DNA from: Tubulanus polymorphus
Lineage: Eukaryota > Animalia > Nemertea
DNA length: 64,000 bases
NCBI RefSeq assembly: GCF_964204645.1
Contig: NC_134033.1
Location: forward strand, 15,880,655 to 15,944,654
Reading direction: 5' to 3'
The notes under the pieces were generated by a model. The model was not told the DNA's origin and did not search any database. It saw only the letters and a list, made by a program, of their open reading frames with translations. This document shows positions 13,701 to 25,861 of this stretch, one piece after another (within the stretch, counting starts at the first letter, position 1; the number at the start of each line of letters is the position of its first letter). Made by a program: the position numbers and the translations under genes.

Positions 13701-15861
13701 ACGAACGCTTCTTCTCGAAGTACTGCCCGACGCTGACGATAGCCGGCAAATAAATCAATCCCAGTCCGAGACCTGAAGATAAAATCATGAATTTAGTAAC
13801 CAGTACCTGAGGTCCTCGATTAACAGGGTTCTTACAAATTAGGGAAACCTTAATTCCCTGATTTTCCTGACCCTTGACCATAAATTCCCCGATTGAATTA
13901 TAAGATTAGATGGAGGCTGTTGATTATCAAATTGATTTGATAATTAAGTCAAGTTCCTAAAGTCTTAGTTCCTTGTGCCACTCATCACCAGCAAGAACAA
14001 CATTGAAGAGACCAAAAATTCAAATTCCCTGATTAATTTAATTGTAAGATCCCTCACTGAGGGCTGTTTCTTATCAAGAGGTTCCTTGTGCCACTCATCA
14101 CTAGCAAGAACAACAAGATATCAAAAGCTCACAAATTCCCTGAATTTCAAGAAATGAGCAAGAATTCCCTGGGGCCGGTTCCATAGTCGAGACTTACAAC
14201 ATAAAGCAGTCTTAAATCTTAAGTCTGTGCGTAAGTTGTTAGATTGCCAATAGAACCAAGATGGTCTTACACTGGTCATTAGTCTAAGCCCTGTCTATGG
14301 AACCGGCCCCTGATTTTCCCGGCAGGGAGTAAATAAATGTGGAATACCCTTAATTTCCCAGATTTCAGACCCTGCCGAATCATAAAACGGATTACATGTA
14401 ATTTACATCAATCCGAACAAATCTGGAATAAGTGGGTCTGACGTCAAACCTTTGACAGTTTGAACCAACAAGATAAGATTTAAAAGTTCAAAGATTTCAA
14501 ATTTGAAGTTTTAGAACTAGGGTTGCCTGACATTTCAAGGTTGTTTGATTAAACGTACGATGATTATCAGATGAAGACAGGGGCTTACCTCCGAGAATTC
14601 CGAACGAGAAATACAGGAAATACAAGTTAGGAGCGAAAATACTGAGTATGAATCCGATCGACGTTACGATGGCGCCGATTATTGTCGTTACCCGGCAACC
14701 GTAAACGTTCGTGAACGTACTGGCGATTGGTCCTGAAATAAAATTGAAATCAAATATCATTACGGTAAATTTTAAAATGTGTAAACCTACTCATTATATC
14801 TGTGGACATTGAATTTGACTTTGTAAAACTATTACCAAGCTCCAAAACAATAGATTATTATTTCTCAAAAAAATTGGATAAAAAATCTAAAATTTTGTTC
14901 GAAACCTATCTGGTCTCAATTCTAAAGATCTGATTAGAGATTTGTCTGTTGTTTCTTTATCACCACAGCTCGATGGTCTAGTGGATGGACTGGACTGACA
15001 AGTCAGAGGCCCAGGCTCAAATCCCGGCAGGGGCTGGTATTTTTTTATCTTAGAATAGGGATTGGCCCTGTTATTTATTTGATTGGTAGATTTCGTTTTG
15101 ATTTTTTGTGATTTGGTCAAACCCACCACACCTGCCGGGAGCGAAACAAGGGGTTTGATTTTGAAAGTCGTCTGTGGAACTAGATCCAGTAACTGTGGAA
15201 CTTGGCCCTGAATTGTTGAACTGGAATCACGTACTGTGTAACTGAACAAAGAACTGTGGTACTGGATCTAGAACTGTGGAACTGGGTCCAAAGCTGTGGA
15301 ACAGGGTTCAGAACTGCGGGACTGGATCCAGAACTGCGGGACTGGATCTAGAACTGTGGAATGGAACTGAGTTCAGAACTGTGGAACTGAGTTCAGAACT
15401 GTGGAACTGGATCCAGAACTGTGGAACTGAGTTCAGAACCGCGGAACCGAACACCCCTCGGTCACTCACTACTCACCTGAAGCGAACGTAATTCCGATCA
15501 TCAATGAAGCGACCCACGACGTTTCACCTTTCCCTGTTCCGAAGTATCGTGTTAACTCGAGTATAATAATACCGAACGCGTACGCGATTCCGTCTGCTAT
15601 AACGTGTATCATAAACGAGCCGAACACGACGACCCAACCCCATCCGCCGTCGATATCGGGATCGTTCTCGCGAGCTATCAGCCAATCGGGTTTCGCGTCT
15701 TTCTTCTTCGCCGGTTCGTCGCGATCGCCCGCGGCGACCAGATCGCCGTTCGTTTTTGCGTCCCCATTCGGAATCGGTTCCGCAAGTTGCGGATCGGAAT
15801 CTTTCGGGGAGAATATGTCCAATTCGACCGGTTCCATTTCTGCGTTCGATTCTTTAGTCAT
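10727..15861 (-). CDS. Monocarboxylate transporter (SLC16/MCT12-14-like, MFS), ~642 aa; coding exons 15861-15477, 14732-14589, 13772-12744, 12258-12133, 10971-10727
   Basis: MCT motifs DGGWGWVVV, YFEKKRSFATGLAVCGSGVG, GPPIAGWLYD. All introns GT-AG and phase 1; total 1929 nt stays in frame. Confidence 0.93.
11193..11463. mobile_element. Nested/overlapping CWG-TSD MITEs (TIR ggccagttgca) in the last MCT intron
   Basis: ccagg-ggccagttgcatagtcatggcttagacttaagaccag ... ctggtcttaagtctaagccacgactatgcaactggcc-ccagg, with a second copy interleaved. Confidence 0.7.
14172..14309. mobile_element. Harbinger-like MITE with 15-bp perfect TIR and CTG TSD
   Basis: ctg|gggccggttccatag ... ctatggaaccggccc|ctg. 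Confidence 0.85.
15175..15450. repeat. ~20-bp tandem repeat agaactgtggaactggatcc (MITE-TIR-derived)
   Basis: Tandem copies; the same motif forms the TIR of MITEs at 33998-34105 and 60712-60801. Confidence 0.8.
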
Positions 15862-15978
15862 TTCGTAAGTTTTTTTTAAAACTGTTGTTCTATATATTAA
15901 AAGGCACGGTCATCACTGACGTCTGAAATTATAATGAGAACATCAGATAATTTTCAAAGCAATTAAAATAATTCTTAA

Positions 15979-16240
15979 CCCTTTCAGTGTCGACTAATTA
16001 ATACCCTATAGTGCTGCAGATAATTTGAAAATTTTTAAAAATTCCACCCTAGTGTGTTGAATAACGGGAATACCACTGTAGTGCGTCTACACTGCGGTGC
16101 GGTGTATCGTTAGTTACTAGTATTTCACTGTTTGACAGGTGCTGCCATCTTCCGATAGATAACAAAAAATCAACACCGCACCGCAACAAAACCCATCATC
16201 GATTTATACACCGCACTGCGGTGTAGACGTACTGAAAGGG
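15979..16240. mobile_element. piggyBac-like MITE (TTAA|CCC...GGG)
   Basis: ttaa|ccctttcagt ... actgaaaggg|tcaa; an inverted second copy at 52376-52646. Confidence 0.75.
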
Positions 16241-17298
16241 TCAAAGTCCGAAATGCTTCCATTAGCTAACGGTTTATTTGACTTTTCTGTTCGATTTTGC
16301 GCGAGATCTATAGCAACCTCAAATGTCACCCGACTTTTACCTGATTTGCAGGTAAGTGGCGCCACCTGTATAACCGCGCACGATTTTTCATTCAGAGCTA
16401 ATGATATATAAAGCAAGACATCGTTTTTCCTCCCGCTAAATCTGCGGTAGTAAGTACAGTCAAAATCTTAATCCGGACTTCAGTCTAATCCCAATGATAT
16501 TTACAGTCCATTTGTTCATTAATAAACAAGAAAATGACTTTTAATCCGAATTTCTCGTAAACCGGAATTTAGTTGGAAACAAATAATCCGAATTAAGCGC
16601 ATTCTATACCATAAATAGAATACTATGAACCAGTAAAGCGCGATGGTATCGGATCAGTGGCAGTCGTAGCTAACGCCTGGGAAAGACTAACAACTCCGCG
16701 AAAAATGTATCAGCATAAAAAAATAATTTATCACTAAAGCGTTTCATCCACTCGTCGTCAGTTACAGAATAGAAACCTGTTATTTTTTATGAATGAACGA
16801 GGGATAATGCGACGTCCGGACACGCTCGTTGTCAAGCAACTACCCGTCCGTCGTCGACGCCACCGCGATCTGATTGTCATTCATTATTAATCATTCATAT
16901 TCTGATCATAGTCGGCTTATACTGGGGAAAAAAACAGGCTTTACAGACTGAGAGATCCTGGGGACATTTATTACATGATTACATCCATACATATATCTAC
17001 AGTCGGGTTTGTAGCTGCCAGCACACTTTAACGCTTTTTAAAATAGAAATTCGACACTATTTCCCAAGAATCCAAAAACCAGGAGCCAGCTCCGGATTCC
17101 TGACTGAAGAAATTGTCTTAAATCTTAAGGCTGTGCCCTAAGTTGTCAGTCTTATAAGTCTTGTCAAGCCTTGTCTAAGGAACCGGGCCCTAGGGTCCTA
17201 ACAAATCGGTCATTCATGGATATAAGTTTCCAGGGGTTTTAAAGGAGAAAATTTTGAAATTTCTAGGAAGCGTCTGCATCACTTTCATATCCCAATTA

Positions 17299-17485
17299 CA
17301 GTCGACTCCTCCTAAATCGGTAATTCTCATCTCAATAAACTCTATTCATTCTGTGGTTTTGTAAGCAAAATTTCAACTAACTCTCAATGATTTTTACACT
17401 ACCTTAACTCAGCTTCTAAATTGGTACCTGCCTAAATGGGCAAAAAATATCCTGTTCGAAACTGTACCGATTTAGGTGTAGTCTG
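17299..17485. mobile_element. Tc1/mariner-pogo-like MITE (TA|CAGT...); sister copy ~61462-61630
   Basis: ta|cagtcgactcctcctaaatcgg ... ccgatttaggtgtagtctg; shared internal sequence with 61.5 kb. Confidence 0.6.
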
Positions 17486-18960
17486 ATAAAAATGTCTCAT
17501 AGCTTATTTCTCAAAATTGAACTCGAGTTTAAAAGGAATTTCAGGAATCTGAAAAATTGGGACTTGTTTGCCAATTAACAGTTGTCTAAACTAGCTCATC
17601 TCATAAGATATAAATATTCACAGAATGAAACCGTAAACAGTTACGAAATTGCAGGGTCCATGTTTGTAATAGGCAACTTTTCCAAACCAAGAATAAAAGC
17701 TGATCTCAATCTGGAAAGACGTCGTATTGGTTTTTGGATTTAATTCCCGACTAGTTCCCCGAATAGCGTTGTTATAAACCCCTATATAGCGACTCGCAAA
17801 GCCACGTCTAAAAAACAAGTTACATAGAAGTTGAATCGAAATAGTTCCAATACGCGACTCTTGACACGGATTAGAAATCTTTGACATCGTTTCGGCTTTT
17901 CGATATCGTAAAAAACACTCGAGAAATTCCTGGAAACGATCGTGATTTCGATTCGTTTCTAACTCTACACGCCTAAACGCGCTTTAAATGGATAATTTTT
18001 TCGACGGCTGTTTTGCAACATTTGCAGATGACACTGCCAGCCTTCAGACATCGACACACAGCGAATACAATACAATACCGATTACTCATCAAATACAATA
18101 CCCTGAACAATAACGATAAACAATGATAAACCCTAGTAATTTAATCAATCTTATCACGCGACCTCTCTCCGAATAATAGTATTATGCGCTCATATGTATA
18201 ATATACTAAAGGTTGAAGATTGACAGATGGATAGAACGCGATTGAATTCGTGTTTGAATTTTGCTCATAAACAATGCCATTCAATTCACCACGGTGTCCA
18301 AAGAATAACGCGAAAACGACGGCATTTCAAAGTTTCCAGCTGCGACATTTTTAACGAGATTTATCCAAATGTCGTCGTTACGGAACAAGTGATGAACGAT
18401 AAATTCCGTCTCCGTCCAAATAATTATTGTTATCTCATTAAAAATAAACATTAAATCAAGACTCGTCCTTCGGAAGATGCGATTTAGATCGATCTAAAAT
18501 TTGAAATCGTCAGAAAAATAATATCATCTTCGTCGGATCAGTTGAAATCCATCATTTGTCATGATTTGAAAATAGGAATTTTAAAAACATCTAATCTTCT
18601 AGCGTCTAATTTTCAAAATAGACATTCTTTCAAAAGTTTAACATCTCTTCATTTCATTTCACTAAACAGCGCTTCCACAAAACAATTCATAAAAAACAAA
18701 CACCACATGATGATTCCCTCATGACTGATGATCTAATTCCGGATACGTTTTTTTTAGACCGATTCTGAATTGTTCGAAAAACAAAAAAATTCCACCAAAC
18801 AAACCTAACAGACATAACTATCAACGATAGGGGCCTGCTACACACCGGATGACATCTAAAAACAAAACCACAGTCTAATAAATGCTCCTTTGTGACATTT
18901 CAATTATTACTCATCTTTTTTTAAAAACAATGGATGAATCATTTTTTATAAGAACTTTAC

Positions 18961-19118
18961 CTCTCTCGATAAAACGGTTTAATCCTAATCGCGATGATTT
19001 AGCCGGCGTCAGTTGCCGGCGTCGAGGTCGTGGCTGGTGGTTGGTATCGACGACTAACGTACGTGAATCACATGTCTCCTGATGACTTCATATGAATACA
19101 ATGAGCTCTCATTTATAC
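18961..19118 (-). promoter_or_regulatory. Probable TATA box and non-coding first exon of the MCT gene
   Basis: Minus-strand GTATAAAT at 19118-19111; donor GAG|GTAAAG at 18961/18960; matching acceptor at 15924-15923. Confidence 0.5.
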
Positions 19119-19369
19119 TGGAAATCGCTACGCACTGTCGTGACCTAATCACAGAACTTTGATCCTGCAAACAAACGTAGCGCGCTGTGTGTCATCGGTC
19201 TGATAATGTATTATATTCAGATCACTCTCGGCAGAGAGCATTCGCACACTGCCAACTCGGTCCCCGGGATTCAAAATGGTCCTTAATCATAAGACTTGTC
19301 TTAAATTATTAAATTGATTAGCCTGGACATATAGACCCGAAATAACATATAGATCATTGGTAATAAGGA

Positions 19370-19730
19370 ATAGAACTAAAATGAGCTTAAGACTGGTCTT
19401 AAGTTGTTTGATTGGTTATAGAACCTCCAGAATGAACTTAGACTGGTCTTAAGTTGCTAGATTGGTTATAGAACCAAAACGAGCTTAGACTGGTCTTAGG
19501 TTGTTAGATTGGCTATAGAACTAGAATGAACTTAAGACTGGTCTTAAGTTGTTAGATTGGTTATAGAACTAAAATGAGTTGAGACTGGTCTTAAGTTGTT
19601 AGATTGGCTATAGAACTAGAATGAACTTAGACTGGTCTTAAGTTGTTAGATTGGCTTTAGAACTAGAATGAACTTAGACTGGTCTTTAGTTGTTAGATTG
19701 GTTATAGAACCAAAATGAGCTTAGACCGGT
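19370..19730. repeat. 47-bp satellite array (~8 copies)
   Basis: Same unit as at 9.9-10.3 kb and 54.0-54.4 kb. Confidence 0.9.
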
Positions 19731-22683
19731 CCAGAGAAAGTTCATTTTGATTCTAAAGCCACGCAATCTATCAACTTACAACCGGTCGTCTTTAAGATCT
19801 AAACAAAGACCATATTTTTGGACAGGTACACTAACGACTATGTTTAGTTAGCTAACAAAACTTCGACGCAAAATTGAATTGCACCAATACTAACTAATGC
19901 CAAGGTGGTAATGATCAGAAACAGGTTCTGTGTCTATTTTTGGGGTGAGCCCTATAAGGCAGCGTGCATACTAACAAAAGGGGTACGGTAATTTAAAAGT
20001 AGAAATGATATTTAGTATGAAATGGTCGATGACCTTGAGTTTATAGAAGACTTATATAGGCCTATGCACTTGAATGACTTCGTGAACTCAAGTTATTTAC
20101 GGCATGTTTTTGTTTGGCCCATTTCTTTACCGGGTGCGTACATTTATAAATACGAATTCTCACTAACGAGGTTATATTCCATTGTGATACTTATTGTAGC
20201 ACGTAGGCAGCGGACCATCTTTACTAGTCCTATACCTCGTAAATTTAGTGTGGACTAGTTGCGTGGACAACTTGTCCCTGCTGTTCTCCTTACCTAGGCT
20301 ACTTCATTTTATGAAAAACTGATTTTACCTATTCAACATTGAATTAAGGATTTACTATTCCTGTTTGATATCAGAGTAAAAATATGAATATTCCCTTTGT
20401 GACGTCAGCCTACAGGCCAACAAATAGAACATATACAGGCCAGGATTCATAGGGGGTTTCAGGGGCCCCGTGACCCCCCCTGCTCAGCTACCAAAACATT
20501 TTTCTATCGTTTTCTTGAAGGAATGTACTCAAGATAAAGCAGGCGGACAGTAGCAGATAATCGGTACCATATCATCTTATGTTAACATTAACATTCTTTA
20601 TGAACCCCCCCTAGAAAAAATCCTAGATCCGCACCTGGGTAGACTAAAAAGATCCGAAATCATTTTATCGGGGTTTTAAGCATCGCATTAGGCTAGAAAG
20701 AGTTAAAAGGCGGCACTAGTATACTACAAAAAAAATTTGACTTTTAGACCGGACCTGCCAGCAAAGAAGAAAGGAAAGAAAGAAAACGAGTGGTTGGCTC
20801 TTTTGGAAGTTTACTATACAGGCAGGCGATGTGGCATCGTTTTAACTGAGGTGAATGATGTTAGTTCAAAACCTGTGAATTTACAACTCAGAACAGCGTA
20901 AAAATGACAAAAACAACTTACATCAGCAGCAGCAGCAGCAGCAGCAGCAAGCAACAGTAGCACTCATCAATCAGCTGATTATTACCGAGTCAAAATAAAT
21001 AAAAACAAACGCACGCAGCCGAAACGACGTCAAGCAATATACCGTTAGTTGAATTGTATTTACTATTCACATGCCATAGTCGACTATTCACTTGCCACGG
21101 TAACTTTATACACGCGGTAAATAGTTTTATTGAATTGCATTTATTCTTCGCATGCCGTAGATAACTCCTCACCTGCCATACTTGTTCAATTAAACTTTAT
21201 TGAGCAACGATAGCACGCGGCGATCTGGGCACCAACCGCGGTGCAGAATTTATCATATCCATATCATTTGTCAGTCTCCGTCTCATAGCTAGCAGACGGC
21301 AGCGGCAGGTCTTCCCATTGGCTATTTCTCATCGAACACGACTCGCAGCGGATGTAAGAGCAGGTGCTTTTTAAATCCATTATCTAAGTAATTTCCCCCG
21401 AGTGCCGGGAGGCTGATAGATCCAGCCGCACTTTTAGGGAGCAGTGTGACGTATACTGAGCGGAACGTGCGCAGGCCAGACCTTGATGACGGGAAATTAT
21501 AGGAAATCAACCCGGGATAGCGTCTCTTTAAAAAATTGCGAGAAATCTGTATCAGTGCCACGATATAAACTACATCAAGCTTCCATGCTACGTCGCAGTT
21601 ATAAGTGTTTTGCTAGAAGGTGTGAATAGCAGCCTAACTCAAGGTTTAACTTCTCAGTCTTCCCGCACGTATTCATGCTCATTTATGAACCCAATCCATC
21701 AACTAGCGTTAATACGATTAGTTTATTTTCATATACAGTCAAATCTTAGTTAACCCGGTCCTGGACAAGAAATCATGAAGCCACCAAGTCAATGTTAAAT
21801 CTGGTTATAGATTTATATTTAGAATTATTCCACAAAAAGCATTTAAACAAAATACGTCATTTATTACGATGGTTTACTTATATTCACAAAGGGCGGATTC
21901 AAGATTTTATTTTTGATTCGTAGATTTGAAAATTAAGCGATTGATTCAAGCCGCCTGACAATTCTTCCAATTTTTTTCAATTCTTCCACAATTTACAAAA
22001 CAATCCATACAAAAAAAATATAAAACATGATTTAATTTCAAGATCGTTTCAAAGATTTATGATATATTTTACATTTCCCGGTAACCGCGAGCACTAATGG
22101 CGAAAAGGCGCCGAGTCCGAGTTGTTAAGATAATTGGAAATGCCACGATATGTGAAATAGAGTCACGAATGTTTCATCTGAGCTAACATCAATTATTCGA
22201 CGTTTTGAATATATCCTAATATTCGACTTCAGGAACTTTTGAGGTTAATGCACCATCCAACAGTGTTAGTCTTGGGAAACCAAGATCTGGGACGTCGTAA
22301 AGCAAAACAAACCAAAAACAAAACTAGTATTCCCGAAGATGGCTTAGATATTAGACTAAAATGATAACTTTTTCATCTCTGCTGAGTTTAAAAGATGACC
22401 CGACCGGCCACTATCTACCCTTAAAAAAACAACATGATCAAGCTAATTACAGACCCGGCAGCTTTAGAAATGAGCTGATTATAAATGTCATTGCGGTTTA
22501 CACACGATGACCCAACCGCTGCGGAGAAACAAGGTTTCATTTCATCTTAGCCTTAGTATACAGTCGAAACCTGCAATAAACATAAGACCAAGGAAACATT
22601 TCAGGACTCTTTTCATTCTGAGTGTACAGGGATTTTCTATATCGTGATCTAAATCGATCGTGGTATTGTTTTTACTGTTTGAT

Positions 22684-25600
22684 TCAGCCAGCATATATTG
22701 TAGAAAGGTCTGCGGAAGTAGATACCACCTCAGCCGTCGCTGGTCGCGGCGGGGCTGGATTAGCGCTACCCCTTGCCGTGTGCGGGTTCGACGAACCGGA
22801 GCCCGTGGGTCCGACTGATACGAGCGGACCCGGGTAGCCGCTAGGCGGCGCCGTTTGTGGCTGTATGGAGCTGTCGGGTCGGTTGAATTTCACTTTCTGG
22901 TTCGCCGTTTCTACGTACAACACCGCGTATATCTTCGGCAAGAAGAGAAACACTAATGTGACCGTTCCGTTGAATATCAGAGCCAGAGATAAGAGTATTA
23001 TCTGATAATAAGCCTTAGTAGTGGTGAAATAAGTAGATATGAACGCCAGCCAGATTACTAGCGTCGTATACACGCAAAGAGCTATGAATCGCGACTCGTT
23101 GAAATTGTCGGGTACCTTTCGAGTTTTGAACGCGTAGAACGAACACATCGTGACCAGTATCAAGTTGTATAACAGAAACGCGCAGAGACCTTCAAACGGG
23201 ATCGCGCACGACATCTCGACGTAGTTTATTACCGATACGGGCATGCGCAGTATCACATCCGGTGGCGTAATGGCCGTACTGATTACGCTGATGATAATCT
23301 GAAAAAATGGAAAAAGGAAATTGTCAAAATTTTGCTTATGAAATCGACGATATCAAAATCAGATTCAAGAAATGCCTATTCACAATTCCTCCTATGACAT
23401 CATCAGAGACTGCAGTCTGCTATAGCATAATATTCATATTCGAAACTGACCATCAGTGAAGTCATATAATATGCTAATAGAGACATTTTTGTTCAAATGG
23501 TTTAAAATTGTCGCTTTTCAAGACATAATCTTATGTAAAGAGTTTTGACAATGTGTTTACGTCAAGCGCTTCTCGGGAACAAATAGAGCTTTAGTAGTAA
23601 TTTACGATTGGTCTTGCGGCAAATTATCTTGGTGTGATATCATGGAGGGGGTATTCATCGTGATGGGGGTATTCATTGGGCGACACGAAGATGCTAGAAG
23701 TGAAAAAAAGGAACGATCTTTGATTTGAAGTTTTGAGTATTACCTGAATAGTAATAATGAAACTGGCGATGAAAACCTGAAATTTCTGCCCGACTAAAGG
23801 TGGCGCTTTCATCGCCTTTTTACTGTACTCGAATATGATATAAATGCGGCTGGTTTTCGTCAGCAGCGGCGCGTAGACCCAGGTAAACCCGAGACTAAAC
23901 CCGAAATAAGCGGCTCTACACGATATAACTGTCGGTTTTACGACCAATAGAAATACAGTTACGTATCCGATGAAAACCCCGATCAACATCAAATGGCTGA
24001 GTTCCCGACTCGAAGCCATGATCAGTTTCTCTTTGCGTTTCAGTATGTACACGATCGTGGTTACCAGGGTCAGAATGATTCCTACAACCGCCGACATTGC
24101 CAACGTGTAGAAAGCTGCATCGTCGGTTTCCATGAAATATGGCTCGATCGGTTGGCATTCTAGGAAACTGGTTTGATTGGGCCAATGCAATTTCGCGCAC
24201 GGTTCGCATGTACTTTCGTTGACTACGATTTCGTTAACGGCGCATGCGCGACACTCCCAACAACAGGACAGTTCGCGGGGCAGGTAGAAATGGCCCGGTT
24301 CGCACGGCTTCGAACAAACAGATTCCGGAATAAGGACGTCGTTTTCATCACCGCCAGGGGGAGTTATTGGTCGGAATGGCTTCCATTTGACCTCGGAACC
24401 GTTCCAGTACATGGTATTCTCACGCGCGTACCACAGCGCTACTTTCTGTTTATGATATAGTGCACCGGCGCGTAGTGATTCGCCGCGGACGAACTGTTCG
24501 ATCGCGTATGTACCCATTAAATCGGATTCTTCGTTGAATAATATGTCACCGGTCAAACCACGAAATGTCGTATTCTTTAGATATTCCAACAAACTAGGAC
24601 CGTCGATACACGCTACTAACGCCGCCCTATCGGTGGTATTCGCGCAGCGGTCCCGGATTAACGAATCTAACGCGCGGGCGAATGTTTCCACCGAGTCGAT
24701 AACAGGTGCTATTGACGTCATCGGTCGCACGTGACCCGGCAGTAGTGGTCCCGTCTCGTTACACGGGGGTCGCTCTCCGCCGCCCACTATCCACGAGCAC
24801 CCGAACTGCATCTCCCAGAATTCTCGGAACCACGGGTTCGACATCCTGTTCGTCGGATTTAACGTCAGAAAATAACGATTGAAATCCGGTACGTTTACGG
24901 ATATGGGTAAGACGTGTAAAGCGCCGTGGATGGCTTCTTCTAGGCCGGACATCTGATTTACCCGAGCTGACCACGCGTCGCTGCCAATCCATATAAAATG
25001 CCCCGTAACGTTTTTCCTCAACACGGCCGCGAACAGACCTTTGGCGTTCGTCGGTCCAGCGAACACGATCACAGCTCGCGCCGCTTTCACCTCCAGTAAC
25101 CTATCGACGATCGTATCGTATTGTTTAACGGTCGTATCTTCGTAAACCCGCGCCGAATAAGCGATACAGCTGCCCCTTAAGTCGGTCAGGTCTGATAGAG
25201 ATTTAAACGCATTTTCGCCGTACGTTCCGGCCGTGTAGACCACCGATACGTAGGTCCAATTAAACCGCGTTAATATATCCATCATGGCGCGTACCTGGAA
25301 TTTATCGGGAGGAACTAATCGAAGAAAATACGGATATTCATCTTTACGGCTCAGTTCGTCCGCCGTGCTCGAATAGCTAATTTGAGGCACGTGAAATTGG
25401 CCGAGAAGTTTCGCTACCAGGGAACTGCTGCTACTCTTCATAGCGCCTACGACTCCTTTGACCGGGAAGTAATGTCGCGTTCCGTCCGACTGACCGGTAG
25501 TAGTTGCATTAGCGCCATCTCGCGGTACGAAATGTAACGCCTGACCCATAGCGGTCATATCTTTGATACAACTATCCAAAATGATGAATCCCAGCGTTAC

Positions 25601-25861
25601 GTTGGGCAGAATATCAGTTCTGTTATTCATTAGCTCTACGGCGTAAACCATCGCTTCAATGTACTGCATGATAGCTGTGTTTCTCAACGCATCCCCGCAC
25701 GGTTTACTAGAACTGTAGCCTTGGATCGGGAATATTCCGCCCAAGTTTATATCGCCCAGTCTAGCGTACTGTTTATCCGGTAGTCCCGGCACCCGTATCG
25801 ACCAGACCACACCGAGCATCGCCATAGATACGAACGCAACAATCGACCGTAGTGACGTCAT
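22684..25861 (-). CDS. Class C GPCR, metabotropic glutamate receptor-like (VFT + cysteine-rich + 7TM), ~910 aa; exons 25861-23744 and 23298-22684
   Basis: Signal peptide; GDINLGGIFP; ILPNVTLG...DSC; PQISYSST; NPWFREFW; PESVCSKPC; CCWEC; KTRKVPDNFNESRFI. One phase-0 GT-AG intron. Confidence 0.93.

Noticed and set aside
14966-15035. tRNA-like sequence (also 4024-4081, 57380-57445)
   Set aside because: Degenerate A/B boxes without a complete cloverleaf; SINE heads rather than tRNA genes.
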